IMG/VR virus record: IMGVR_UViG_3300027774_000003
Coordinates: 1 to 38,856 of that record
Reading direction: 5' to 3' (one strand)
Length of the DNA stretch: 38,856 nucleotides
From: a virus
Taxonomy: Duplodnaviria; Caudoviricetes
Shown piece after piece: positions 1-9,373 of the stretch (position 1 is the first letter of the stretch; each line of letters opens with the position of its first letter). The notes under the pieces were generated by a model that did not search any database, was not told the origin of the DNA, and worked only from the letters and a program-made list of their open reading frames with translations. A program made the translations under genes and the position numbers.

Positions 1-810
1 ATCGTGCGATTCGGAAGTTGAAGGGGAAGGAATAGAATGAGTATGATTCTGTAATAGATTCACATTACTTACCTGCACGTCTGCACATATAGATGCATAC
101 TTTGTGCCAGGTGCAAATCGAATTCCCTCTTTCAATAAATTACCACAATTTTTTAGTCTCGCGATCTCAAAGTCGAGACGCTTATTAGCAGTTAGTTGTT
201 GCATCATTGCGATGTTAGCAGCAGCTGCTTCTTTACATTGTGCTTGTAACTCTTTGTCCAATGGTCTAGACCATGTGGCAGAGAAACCTATACCTATGCT
301 GTAGTTATCCTTCTGTCCAGTCCTAGTGGGGACGTGGTAGAGGATGTCGCCAGGATTATCTAGTGATCCATCTTCATTGAGGTCACGCATGTCATACACA
401 GGATCCTGATAGTATCCTTCAAATGGTTTCTGTGCTGATGCTGTGCCTGTTACATAGGGTGTAAAATTCATAGTGGGACCTTGACACTGAATGCCATTCC
501 CATATGTGTTAGTTATATACGGTCCCTGTAAAACCTGAATAGCTTGATTGGTCACTGAGCCAGAACTATTGGCGATGGGAGATGCTGTTGCACTCACACC
601 GCCCACAGTTTCAGCGTTAACTGGTGCTGCAATAAACAGAGCAATTACTGGGTAAAGATACTTGTGGTATCGGTTACGCTTGTAACTTCTGTTACTCTTT
701 GGATGATTGTCTGCTGTGTTAAACCTGGTCCTTGTAGTGTTTCCGTAAATTGAAACGCCTGACCTGGCGTTGTTTGTGTAAAGGACGGTTTGCCCGTTAC
801 TGTTGTCCAT
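1..810 (-). CDS. Conserved cyanophage exported/membrane protein (3'-partial, runs off the window; absent from the ORF track)
   Basis: Manual translation: open frame from ATG at 810 (MDNSNGQTVLY...KRNRYHKYLYPVIALFIAAPVNA|ETVGGVSATASPIANSSGSVTNQAIQVLQGPY...) to the window edge. Signal-peptide-like segment near 615-680. True start uncertain. Confidence 0.7.
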   Translation of the reverse strand, partial: MDNSNGQTVLYTNNARSGVSIYGNTTRTRFNTADNHPKSNRSYKRNRYHKYLYPVIALFIAAPVNAETVGGVSATASPIANSSGSVTNQAIQVLQGPYITNTYGNGIQCQGPTMNFTPYVTGTASAQKPFEGYYQDPVYDMRDLNEDGSLDNPGDILYHVPTRTGQKDNYSIGIGFSATWSRPLDKELQAQCKEAAAANIAMMQQLTANKRLDFEIARLKNCGNLLKEGIRFAPGTKYASICADVQVSNVNLLQNHTHSIPSPSTSESHD

Positions 811-1085
811 GATGAGGTCACTCCATCAATAGTTACATTGTTTGATCCTGTACCAGGATTTAGGTTACCAGAAGCGGTAACGCCTGAGCCAGTTACGGAA
901 TATTGATATCCCGTGTTGTAGTCCATGCTGTTTATCGTCTCCGTCACTTTGGAAGTCGTTTCCGTGTGGCTGGTCATTGAGCCCTGAGTGAAATTCGGGA
1001 CCACGGGGACCGCCGATGCAGGAGCATGTATGGACAATGCACCCACCGCAACAAGGACAGACCAGCGACTTATCTTTAGAATCAT
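645..1085 (-). CDS. Thr/Gly-rich exported protein, conserved cyanophage hypothetical
   Basis: 146 aa; N-terminal signal peptide (..APASA|VPVVPNF); beta-strand-like T/G/S-rich sequence. Confidence 0.8.
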   Translation of the reverse strand: MILKISRWSVLVAVGALSIHAPASAVPVVPNFTQGSMTSHTETTSKVTETINSMDYNTGYQYSVTGSGVTASGNLNPGTGSNNVTIDGVTSSWTTVTGKPSFTQTTPGQAFQFTETLQGPGLTQQTIIQRVTEVTSVTDTTSIFTQ

Positions 1086-1105
1086 CGCGAATCTCCTTAG
1101 GTAAT

Positions 1106-1609
1106 TTAGTCAATGACGGTAATCTCTGAAACGAATTGTCCCGTTGCAGATGTGCCCGCTCCACCAGCTGTTACCGTAAGGGCACCAGTGGTCAAGACAG
1201 TACCTGCGAGTGTGTCTTTCGTACCAGCAGCATGAGATGTTTGACTAGAGAAATTGCCAACTGTGCCAACTGTTACGGCAGAAGTTGGTATGGCATCACC
1301 TTGAGTAAACGACTGGCTATAGCTAAATGCACTGCCGTTACTTGCCTGTGTGGCAGCAATAGCACCTGGCGATAATACGCCTGAAGTGATTGTGCCTGTG
1401 GAAATAGTGCCAGCGGTCGTGCCATCGGTGGTATTTACACCGCTACCTGAGATTGCGTACGAGTTACCCACCCTTGAAGATGTTGTCCGAGCTGCATCTA
1501 CAGTCAACTGCACACTAGAAGCATGTTTAGTAACGAGACCACCTGCTTGGGCGGCACCCGTTGTCATCAATAACATAACGATAGGAAGCAGAGACTTTCT
1601 CATGTCCAT
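1106..1609 (-). CDS. Thr/Gly/Ser-rich exported protein, conserved cyanophage hypothetical
   Basis: 167 aa; signal peptide MRKSLLPIVMLLMTTGAAQA; late-promoter-like CTAAATA upstream on the minus strand. Confidence 0.8.
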   Translation of the reverse strand: MDMRKSLLPIVMLLMTTGAAQAGGLVTKHASSVQLTVDAARTTSSRVGNSYAISGSGVNTTDGTTAGTISTGTITSGVLSPGAIAATQASNGSAFSYSQSFTQGDAIPTSAVTVGTVGNFSSQTSHAAGTKDTLAGTVLTTGALTVTAGGAGTSATGQFVSEITVID

Positions 1610-1628
1610 CGAAATAAAGTGCTAAGCC

Positions 1629-1635
1629 TATTTAG
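1629..1635 (-). promoter_or_regulatory. T4-type late promoter (CTAAATA) for the minus-strand cluster
   Basis: TATTTAG on the + strand, 20 nt upstream of the 1609 start. Confidence 0.55.
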
Positions 1636-1675
1636 CAAGATGAATATGTTTACGGTTAACCACATGGCCGAAGTT

Positions 1676-1734
1676 TATAAATACTCGTGGTTGCCTTCGG
1701 GGACCATACATAACCACTCGCTTTATAAGGAGCT
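1676..1734 (+). promoter_or_regulatory. Late promoter TATAAATA and structured hsp20 leader (UUCG hairpin plus SD-sequestering ROSE-like hairpin)
   Basis: TATAAATA 1676-1683; TGGT-TGCC-TTCG-GG-GACCA hairpin; CTCGCTT (1717-1723) can pair with AAGGAG (1727-1732) with a bulged G. Confidence 0.6.
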
Positions 1735-2223
1735 ATGGACATTACTAAGTTTACGTCGCAAGACATCGACGCTATTTTTGATGCGTCACAAAAATTTTCA
1801 GTAGGTTTTGACGACCTATTCTACAGACTACATGCGTATGGGGCAGGATCAGTAAAGGGTCAATATCCTCCCTACAATATTGTTAAGGAATCAAACGTCA
1901 AGTGGAGAATTGAATTAGCACTTGCTGGTTGGGCACCAGAGGACATTGAGGTAACTACAGAAACCAATGTCTTGATGATCAAGTCCAAGTCAAAGGACAC
2001 AGATACATCAGAGTATGTACATAGGGGTGTCGCTACTAGGAGTTTCGTTAGAGGTTTCAACCTGTCAGATGATGTTGAAGTCGGCACAGTTAGTTTCATA
2101 AATGGTATGCTTGTGATAGACTTACATAAGATCATTCCTGAGCATCAGAAACGAAGGGTTTATGAAATTCAAAATGCGGCACTACCTCAAGGTGATTCTT
2201 CTCCATCCAGTAACGCACTTTAA
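1735..2223 (+). CDS. hsp20: Small heat-shock protein (Hsp20/IbpA-like)
   Basis: YPPYNI, IELALAG, YVHRGVATRSFVRGFNL and NGML alpha-crystallin motifs; usual position upstream of gp43. Confidence 0.95.
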   Translation: MDITKFTSQDIDAIFDASQKFSVGFDDLFYRLHAYGAGSVKGQYPPYNIVKESNVKWRIELALAGWAPEDIEVTTETNVLMIKSKSKDTDTSEYVHRGVATRSFVRGFNLSDDVEVGTVSFINGMLVIDLHKIIPEHQKRRVYEIQNAALPQGDSSPSSNAL

Positions 2224-2365
2224 TATACTGACGGTAGGAGCATTGATCATGATTGGGATGCTCCACAATCATGCACACTACAACATGAATCTAGACGCAG
2301 ATGCATACGTTAAACAATGGTGCAGTGCATCAGATGAAAATAGATTGACATGCTCCCGTTACTAG
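2174..2365 (+). CDS. Small membrane protein, hypothetical
   Basis: MRHYLKVILLHPVTHFNILTVGALIMIGMLHNHAH...; one hydrophobic helix; start at 2162 or 2174; followed by a terminator. Confidence 0.6.
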   Translation: MRHYLKVILLHPVTHFNILTVGALIMIGMLHNHAHYNMNLDADAYVKQWCSASDENRLTCSRY

Positions 2366-2384
2366 CATATATAATATGCAACTG

Positions 2385-2415
2385 AAGAGACCACTCGTGC
2401 GGGGGTCTCTTTTTT
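2385..2415 (+). terminator. Rho-independent terminator
   Basis: AAGAGACC...GGTCTCTT stem followed by a T-run. Confidence 0.8.
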
Positions 2416-2432
2416 GTTTGGAGTTGATTTTA

Positions 2433-2675
2433 ATGAATATGTATGTTAATCTGTGTAGAGCATACACAGAGAAGAGCGAAACACTTACTCTAGACGTGCC
2501 ACCTGATAAGATGGAAACGTTTATGCAGTATGTCCACGTCCTTGCTGATGAGAAGAATATCTCAGCACGCCGTGCCTTTGAAGAAATGGTGCAGGGGACT
2601 TACGAACAACTAATGGAAAAAGATTATGAGCGTAAAAATCGCAAGAATGCAAAGCGGCGAGGACGTAATCGCTGA
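2433..2675 (+). CDS. Hypothetical protein
   Basis: Start moved to MNMYVNLC, downstream of the terminator and a GGAG SD. Confidence 0.65.
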   Translation: MNMYVNLCRAYTEKSETLTLDVPPDKMETFMQYVHVLADEKNISARRAFEEMVQGTYEQLMEKDYERKNRKNAKRRGRNR

Positions 2676-3018
2676 CGTTAAAGAAGTCAGGGCATCCGAA
2701 GACCATACTCTGCCTCTCGCGTATCAGTTTACTCAACCCTATTCAGTAGTGATTGAGCAACCCGCAGACAAGATGTTTGACTTCCAAGGGGAAGAAACTA
2801 CCCCTGATGAGATGGACCTGACAGATGTCCAGATCAAACTGTATCCATGGTCTCCACTGACTATTGGTAACAATATTGTATCTGTAATGTCAGTTGTGAG
2901 TCTTGGTGATCCACACGAAAACGTCACCGAAAGTTACAAGGCCATACTAAAGTCGCACAAACCCGCTGGTATGAGCGTCTACTTTGACGAGGAAGATGCC
3001 ACTGCAAGAGATCTATGA
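2626..3018 (+). CDS. Conserved T4-like cyanophage protein (upstream of gp43)
   Basis: MSVKIARMQSGEDVIADVKE and ..LYPWSPL motifs typical of this locus. Confidence 0.8.
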   Translation: MSVKIARMQSGEDVIADVKEVRASEDHTLPLAYQFTQPYSVVIEQPADKMFDFQGEETTPDEMDLTDVQIKLYPWSPLTIGNNIVSVMSVVSLGDPHENVTESYKAILKSHKPAGMSVYFDEEDATARDL

Positions 3019-3260
3019 TTAAAGTTTTAATTCTAAAAAACAATCCAGACACTTACCTCATTGGTAAACTCGTCGAGATGGATGAAGAGCCGAGTCTTCT
3101 ACTAGAGGATTCATATACTATATGCACAGAGGGTCACGTCCATGTGTATCCACTGCATACCGACCAAAGATTTATCTTCTTGACTTCTACGGATATTATG
3201 TCTATACTGGATCCTGCACCCGCAGTGCTGGCAGCATACCAGAAAGCAGTTAATGAGTGA
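3015..3260 (+). CDS. Conserved hypothetical protein
   Basis: 81 aa; ATGA overlap with the previous gene and an 8-nt overlap with gp43. Confidence 0.75.
   Translation: MIKVLILKNNPDTYLIGKLVEMDEEPSLLLEDSYTICTEGHVHVYPLHTDQRFIFLTSTDIMSILDPAPAVLAAYQKAVNE
3180..3208 (+). promoter_or_regulatory. Sigma70-like early promoter for gp43
   Basis: TTGACT-17 nt-TATACT inside the upstream ORF. Confidence 0.55.
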
Positions 3261-5760
3261 TTTTTATACAAGTGTCTGTCTACTGGGCGATGACATTCTC
3301 ATCCGAGGTTACGAGCACGGATCCCCCGTGCAGTATCGGGAGAAGTCTCGCCCTACTCTTTTTCTAGTGCCCCAAGCGCAACAGAAGAAGAGTAAGTTTA
3401 GGACACTAGATGGTCGTTATGCTTTCCCTAAACAGTTTGATGGTGCCCGTGAAGCACGGGAGTTTATCAAACAGTATGAGGGCGCATCGGGTTTGGAAGT
3501 CCACGGATACGAGCGGTTTGTTTACCAACACATCGCTCAAAAATGGAAAGGCGAGATTGATTATGACATGTCTCAGATGAAAATCTGGACTATTGATATT
3601 GAGGTCGCCTGTGAGAATGGATTCCCAGACGTGCAAGCATCTGCTGAGGAGATGCTATGCATTACGATGAAGAATTTCAATACTAAAGAGACAATCACTT
3701 GGGGCACCCGAGAGTTTGTCCCCCCTCAAGGTATTGAATATCGTGTCTTCTGGACAGAGCAGGAGATGCTGCAGGACTTTCACTCATGGTGGGGTCAGAA
3801 TACCCCTGACATCATCACTGGGTGGAATAACAACCTGTATGACATCCCCTACATCTGTCGTCGTATCGAGCGGGTGTTAGGTGAGAAGTGGAAGAAGAGT
3901 CTTTCACCTTGGAATAGGGTGAAGGACAGAGAGATCAGAATCCAAGGACGCACAAACATTGCCTATGATATTACTGGTGTAGCGATTCTGGATTATCTCG
4001 ATCTCTATAAGAAATTCACTTACACCAATCAGGAATCCTATCGCCTAGATCATATCGCTATGGTCGAGTTGGGTGATAAGAAGTTGGACCACTCTGAGTT
4101 TGAAAACTTCAAGGATTTCTACACGTCTGACTGGCAACGCTTCGTGGAATACAACATCCATGACGTGAATCTGGTTGACAGTCTGGAAGATAAGATGAAG
4201 TTAATCGAGTTGGCAGTTACCATGGCATATGATGCCAAGGTAAACCTTGAGGATGTATATTCTCAGGTCCGCATGTGGGACACTATGATCTTCAGTGATC
4301 TTAAGGGTCGTAACATTGTGGTGCCACCTCGTATAACTACTAAGAAGGATGACAAATATGCGGGGGCATATGTCAAAGAACCGATTCCTGGAAGCTATGA
4401 TTGGGTGGTGTCTTTTGACCTTAACAGTCTCTACCCTCATCTTATTATGCAGTACAATATTTCCCCAGAAACCCTCCTCGATGAGAGACATCCAACGGTT
4501 ACGGTTGATCGAATTCTTGATGAAGAAGTAACCTTTGAAGGTGATGGGTGTGTATGTGCTAACGGTGCTCAGTATCGCAAGGACATACATGGTTTCCTTC
4601 CGCAAATGATGCAGAGGATCTACGATGAAAGAACCATATACAAGAAGAGGATGCTTGCCGCTAAGCAAAATCTTGAAGATGCCACCACACCTGCAGAGAC
4701 CTTGGCATTACAAAAGGATGTGTCCAAATTCAACAACATCCAAATGGCAAGAAAGATACAACTCAACTCCGCTTATGGGGCCATCGGAAATCAATACTTC
4801 AGGTATTACAATCTTGCAAATGCTGAAGCAATTACTCTATCGGGACAGGTAAGCATCCGATGGATACAAAACAAAATGAATGCTTACCTCAACAAAATAT
4901 TGAGGACAACTGATGCTGACTACGTTATCGCTGCTGATACTGATTCCATCTATCTCAATCTGGGTCCTTTTGTACACGAGGTATTCAAGGGCAGAGAGAA
5001 GAGCGATGAGAGTATTGTTAGGTTCCTTGACAAGGTGTGTCAAGTGGAATTTGAGAAGTATATTGGAGATTCTTATGAAGCGTTGGCGTCCTATGTAAAT
5101 GCCTACGCTCAGAAGATGTTTATGAAGCGAGAGAATATCGCTAACCGTGGCATCTGGACTGCTAAGAAAAGATATATCCTCAATGTGTTTGACTCTGAAG
5201 GTGTCCGCTACAAGACTCCTAAACTAAAGATCAACGGCATTGAAGCAGTCAAGTCTTCTACTCCTGCACCTTGTAGGACTGCTATTAAAGACGCTCTGAA
5301 GGTCATCATGAATGGCACAGAGAGTGAATTGCAAAAGTTTATTGCTGACTTCCGTGAGAAGTTTGAGGCGATGCCTGTAGAAGACATTGCATTTCCCCGT
5401 GGATGTAACAACGTGACAAAGAATTCGTCACCATCTACCATCTATGGTAAGGGGTGTCCTATGCATGTGCGTGGAGCACTGTTATATAACTTCTATATCA
5501 AGAAGAGAAAACTCGCACACAAGTATCCTATTATCCAAGAGGGTGAGAAGATCAAATATGTGATGTTGAGGACACCAAACAAAATCAATGAGAATGTTAT
5601 CTCATTTTTCCAGACTCTCCCAACCGAGTTTGGACTTGACAAAAGTATCGATTATGATCTACAGTTTAAGAAGAGTTTCCTTGATCCTTTGACTGTGATC
5701 TTAGACACTATTGGTTGGAAACCTGAAAAAGTAAACACCTTGGAGGCATTGTGGTCGTGA
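3253..5760 (+). CDS. gp43: Family B DNA polymerase (T4 gp43)
   Basis: Exonuclease DIE motif; [27 protein letters not shown] motifs. Confidence 0.98.
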   Translation: MSDFYTSVCLLGDDILIRGYEHGSPVQYREKSRPTLFLVPQAQQKKSKFRTLDGRYAFPKQFDGAREAREFIKQYEGASGLEVHGYERFVYQHIAQKWKGEIDYDMSQMKIWTIDIEVACENGFPDVQASAEEMLCITMKNFNTKETITWGTREFVPPQGIEYRVFWTEQEMLQDFHSWWGQNTPDIITGWNNNLYDIPYICRRIERVLGEKWKKSLSPWNRVKDREIRIQGRTNIAYDITGVAILDYLDLYKKFTYTNQESYRLDHIAMVELGDKKLDHSEFENFKDFYTSDWQRFVEYNIHDVNLVDSLEDKMKLIELAVTMAYDAKVNLEDVYSQVRMWDTMIFSDLKGRNIVVPPRITTKKDDKYAGAYVKEPIPGSYDWVVSFDLNSLYPHLIMQYNISPETLLDERHPTVTVDRILDEEVTFEGDGCVCANGAQYRKDIHGFLPQMMQRIYDERTIYKKRMLAAKQNLEDATTPAETLALQKDVSKFNNIQMARKIQLNSAYGAIGNQYFRYYNLANAEAITLSGQVSIRWIQNKMNAYLNKILRTTDADYVIAADTDSIYLNLGPFVHEVFKGREKSDESIVRFLDKVCQVEFEKYIGDSYEALASYVNAYAQKMFMKRENIANRGIWTAKKRYILNVFDSEGVRYKTPKLKINGIEAVKSSTPAPCRTAIKDALKVIMNGTESELQKFIADFREKFEAMPVEDIAFPRGCNNVTKNSSPSTIYGKGCPMHVRGALLYNFYIKKRKLAHKYPIIQEGEKIKYVMLRTPNKINENVISFFQTLPTEFGLDKSIDYDLQFKKSFLDPLTVILDTIGWKPEKVNTLEALWS

Positions 5761-6770
5761 ATTTTCTTTCGGACATCGTAAAGGAGATAGATAATGAATA
5801 CGCTGGTCTGGTTTCAGACGGAGTTGCTGCGGGTGACACCGCTGCTTATATTGATACTGGTAGTTGTATTTTCAACGCACTGGTATCTGGATCAATCTAT
5901 GGTGGCATCCCGTCGAATAAGATTACAGCTCTGGCAGGCGAGTCTTCAACTGGTAAGACTTTCTATTGCCTTGGTATTGTCAAGCATTTTCTTGAGATGG
6001 ATCCTGATGCAGGTGTAATCTATTTTGAGTCTGAGTCTGCTATTAGTAAGAGTATGATTGAGTCTCGCAAGATTGATTCCAACCGCATGGTTATTGTCCC
6101 TGTCACTACGGTGCAGGAGTTTAGACAACAGGCAATCAAGATTCTGGACAAATACTTAAGTTTACCTGAAGAATCTCGCCAACCTATGATGTTTGTGCTA
6201 GACTCATTAGGAATGCTCTCAACCTCTAAGGAGATTGAGGACACCGAAGCGGGTAAAGAGACTCGCGATATGTCACGGGCACAGGTAGTTAAATCTATCT
6301 TCCGTGTGCTTACTCTCAAACTGGGCAAAGCAAACGTGCCCATGATCGTTACTAACCACACTTACGATGTTATTGGATCTTATGTCCCTACAAAGGAAAT
6401 GGGTGGAGGCAGTGGACTCAAGTATGCTGCATCTACAATCATCTATCTCTCAAAGAAAAAAGAGAAGGATGGAAAGGAAGTTATTGGAAACATTATCAAA
6501 GCAAAGACTGCTAAGTCTCGTTTGAGTAAGGAGAATTCTGAAGTTGAAACCAGACTCTATTACGACGAGCGTGGATTGGACCGTTATTATGGACTACTGG
6601 AATTGGGTGAGAAATACGGAGTCTTCCAGCGGGTCGGGAATCGCATTAAGGTTGGTGAATCTTCTGTTTATCCTAAGTCTATTCTCGCTGATCCCGAGAA
6701 GTATTTCACGTCAGAAGTAATGATGAAATTGGACAAGGCAGCGGAGCAGGAGTTTTCATATGGATCATAA
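5757..6770 (+). CDS. uvsX: RecA-like recombinase UvsX
   Basis: Walker [28 protein letters not shown]; probable GTG start at 5757. Confidence 0.96.
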   Translation: MNFLSDIVKEIDNEYAGLVSDGVAAGDTAAYIDTGSCIFNALVSGSIYGGIPSNKITALAGESSTGKTFYCLGIVKHFLEMDPDAGVIYFESESAISKSMIESRKIDSNRMVIVPVTTVQEFRQQAIKILDKYLSLPEESRQPMMFVLDSLGMLSTSKEIEDTEAGKETRDMSRAQVVKSIFRVLTLKLGKANVPMIVTNHTYDVIGSYVPTKEMGGGSGLKYAASTIIYLSKKKEKDGKEVIGNIIKAKTAKSRLSKENSEVETRLYYDERGLDRYYGLLELGEKYGVFQRVGNRIKVGESSVYPKSILADPEKYFTSEVMMKLDKAAEQEFSYGS

Positions 6771-7320
6771 GGAATGGATTAAGGTCTATCCCAAATCACT
6801 CGATCCAAATGTATGTCGTAATGCAATCCACAAAGCAGACAACTGCGACAAGATAATGCGATGGGATGATGGTGTGCCACAATACAACATCATCAATCTT
6901 TCTTTCTTAGCAGACCAAGGTGATAATGAATGGAATGCAATCCAACAACAGATTGTGCCTATTATCCAATGGTCTGCCCATGAATACATGAGAGCAATGG
7001 ACTGTGAAAAGTTTTGGGCATCTAAAAATAATCTTGAGCAAATCAAATTGAATAAATATAATGTCGATACTGGAGATAACTTCGGTCTCCATATTGATGT
7101 TGGGGATGCTGACTCTGCTAAGAGATTTCTAGCATACAAAATCTTTCTCAATGATGTTGAGGAAGGTGGAGAGATGGAATTCCCTCAAGTCGGACTCAAA
7201 ATTAAACCACAGCAAGGTGATGTGGTATTATATCCACCTGGATGGACGTTTCCCTATTCGGACAACGCTCCTGTCAGTAACGACAAGTATGAATTGACCA
7301 CCTATCTACATTATCAATGA
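6760..7320 (+). CDS. 2OG-Fe(II) oxygenase-like protein (distal His apparently replaced)
   Basis: HID motif, [22 protein letters not shown][Y], KY..TTYLHY. Confidence 0.85.
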   Translation: MDHKEWIKVYPKSLDPNVCRNAIHKADNCDKIMRWDDGVPQYNIINLSFLADQGDNEWNAIQQQIVPIIQWSAHEYMRAMDCEKFWASKNNLEQIKLNKYNVDTGDNFGLHIDVGDADSAKRFLAYKIFLNDVEEGGEMEFPQVGLKIKPQQGDVVLYPPGWTFPYSDNAPVSNDKYELTTYLHYQ

Positions 7321-8693
7321 GTCTAAAGATCGAAGAGATTGCACTCAGTAAACTTATCCTTGAGGAAGATTACTGTCGAAAGGTTTTGCCTTTCATTAAA
7401 GATGAATACTTCGATATGTTTACTAATCGTCTGTTGTTTCAGACGATTCAGGAATATATTAGTGAGTATGATGTCAATCCAGAGCCTAATGCTCTGAAGA
7501 TTGAGATTGAAAAGAGACGTGACATTACGGAAGATACTTTCAGGGAGATTGAAACCTTCCTTGATAACCTAGACCGTGATACTTATAATGATGAGTGGTT
7601 AATGGAGACCACTGAGAAATGGTGTAAAGAAAGAGCAGTCTACCTCGCTCTCATGGAGTCGGTAAAGATTGCTGATGGGCAAGATAAGACAAGGACAAAG
7701 GACGCTATCCCCAGCATTATGTCTGAGGCATTGGGCGTCTGTTTTGATGATCATGTAGGTCACGATTATATTTCAGATGCGGAAGCACGTTACGATTTCT
7801 ACCACAGAAAAGAGGAGAAGATTCCCTTTGACATCGACTATTTTAACAAAATTACAAAAGGTGGTTTACCTAACAAGACTCTCAATATCGCCCTTGCTGG
7901 CACGGGCGTCGGGAAGTCTTTATTCATGTGCCACTGCGCTAGTGCCACGCTCCTACAGGGGCGCAACGTACTCTACATTACACTTGAAATGGCAGAGGAA
8001 AAGATTGCTGAGCGAATTGACGCAAACCTCCTCGACATCCCGATCCAACAACTAACGGATCCCATGTTAACCAAAGAGAGATACACCAAGAAGGTGGATG
8101 CTCTCAGGAAGAAGACCACAGGTCGTCTGGTTATTAAAGAATATCCCACAGCGTCTGCACATGTGGGACATTTTGAGGCACTCTTAAATGAGTTGTCTCT
8201 AAAGAAAGGATTCCATCCTGACATTGTATTTGTTGACTACCTTAATATCTGTGCTTCATCACGTTACAAAGGCACTGCAGTAAATTCCTATACATATGTT
8301 AAGTCCATCGCAGAGGAGTTGAGAGGACTCGCTGGCAAGTTGAATGTCCCTATCGTCTCTGCTACACAAACAACGAGGAGTGGTTATGGCAATTCTGACG
8401 TGGAGCTTACTGATACTAGCGAGTCTTTTGGACTTCCTGCTACTGCTGACCTTATGGTCGCGCTTATATCCACAGAAGAGATGGAGCAACTTGGTCAGAT
8501 CATGGTCAAGCAACTTAAAAATAGATACAATGATCCCACAGTATTCAAACGATTCGTGGTAGGGATTGACAGGGCGAAGATGAGATTGTATGATTGTGAT
8601 CAGTCTGCCCAAGACAACATCATTGATGCTGGTGACATCAGTGAAGATGCATTCACCGATACTAAAAAAAGTTTTGACGGATTCAAAGTATGA
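7317..8693 (+). CDS. gp41: Replicative DNA helicase (T4 gp41)
   Basis: AGTGVGKS, YITLEMAEE, VDYLNI, SATQTTRSG, KQLKNRY. Confidence 0.97.
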   Translation: MSLKIEEIALSKLILEEDYCRKVLPFIKDEYFDMFTNRLLFQTIQEYISEYDVNPEPNALKIEIEKRRDITEDTFREIETFLDNLDRDTYNDEWLMETTEKWCKERAVYLALMESVKIADGQDKTRTKDAIPSIMSEALGVCFDDHVGHDYISDAEARYDFYHRKEEKIPFDIDYFNKITKGGLPNKTLNIALAGTGVGKSLFMCHCASATLLQGRNVLYITLEMAEEKIAERIDANLLDIPIQQLTDPMLTKERYTKKVDALRKKTTGRLVIKEYPTASAHVGHFEALLNELSLKKGFHPDIVFVDYLNICASSRYKGTAVNSYTYVKSIAEELRGLAGKLNVPIVSATQTTRSGYGNSDVELTDTSESFGLPATADLMVALISTEEMEQLGQIMVKQLKNRYNDPTVFKRFVVGIDRAKMRLYDCDQSAQDNIIDAGDISEDAFTDTKKSFDGFKV

Positions 8694-9343
8694 GCGACCC
8701 TAACAAGTTTACCCAAGAAGGTAACCCTAATTATGAATTGGAATCAGAGACTGAGAAGATCTCTGGACAAGCACAGGAGAAGATTGAAGAAGAGAAGCAG
8801 CGTGCTCAGCAGGTAGCAGACTCTACCCCTAAGACTCCAGAGGAGATGCTCAACAATCCTGATGTTGTTGCTCCTAAGACTAAGAAGAAGGTTGCCGAGA
8901 AGAAGGCAGCACAGGCAAAGGCAGGCAAGCAAGAGAAGTTTGAGGTTGACCTTGATCGTTACTGCAATTTTGTTGATCGTGTAACTTCTAATGCTAGTAA
9001 GGACTATCAGTCTTACATTGAGCGCCTGACTGAGTTGCACCAGCAAGGTTGTAACATCGAGCGTCTTGACACTGCTGCCTCAGGTATCTGTGCTGAGGGT
9101 GGTGAGTTTATGGAGATCGTCAAGAAGATTAAATTCCAAGGTAAACCTTGGGACACTGCTAACAAAGAGCACTTGCAGAAAGAGTTGGGTGATATCATGT
9201 GGTATGTTGCCAACGCTGCTATTGCACTGGACATGCGTCTCGATGAAATCATTTACATCAACACATTGAAACTGGCAGCACGTTACCCTGAGGGTATGTT
9301 TGATGTCAACTACAGTGAAAATCGTGCACCTGGTGACATCTGA
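8690..9343 (+). CDS. mazG: MazG-type nucleotide pyrophosphohydrolase with N-terminal extension
   Basis: AEGGEFMEIVKK...FQGKP...KELGDIMWY...KL..RYP; follows gp41. Confidence 0.93.
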   Translation: MSDPNKFTQEGNPNYELESETEKISGQAQEKIEEEKQRAQQVADSTPKTPEEMLNNPDVVAPKTKKKVAEKKAAQAKAGKQEKFEVDLDRYCNFVDRVTSNASKDYQSYIERLTELHQQGCNIERLDTAASGICAEGGEFMEIVKKIKFQGKPWDTANKEHLQKELGDIMWYVANAAIALDMRLDEIIYINTLKLAARYPEGMFDVNYSENRAPGDI

Positions 9344-9350
9344 ATAAATA
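9343..9350 (+). promoter_or_regulatory. Late promoter (AATAAATA)
   Basis: NATAAATA 23 nt upstream of the 9374 start. Confidence 0.6.
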
Positions 9351-9373
9351 ACTAGGTAGAGTCACTGTTTTCA

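Noticed and set aside
865-1164. Minus-strand 99-aa ORF with CPCCGGC
   Set aside because: Alternative frame across two better-supported genes; the Cys cluster arises from Val/Ala codons of the real signal peptide
2376-2432. Longer N-terminus for the 2376 ORF (likewise 35943 for glutaredoxin)
   Set aside because: These extensions run through terminator hairpins; downstream ATGs are more plausible
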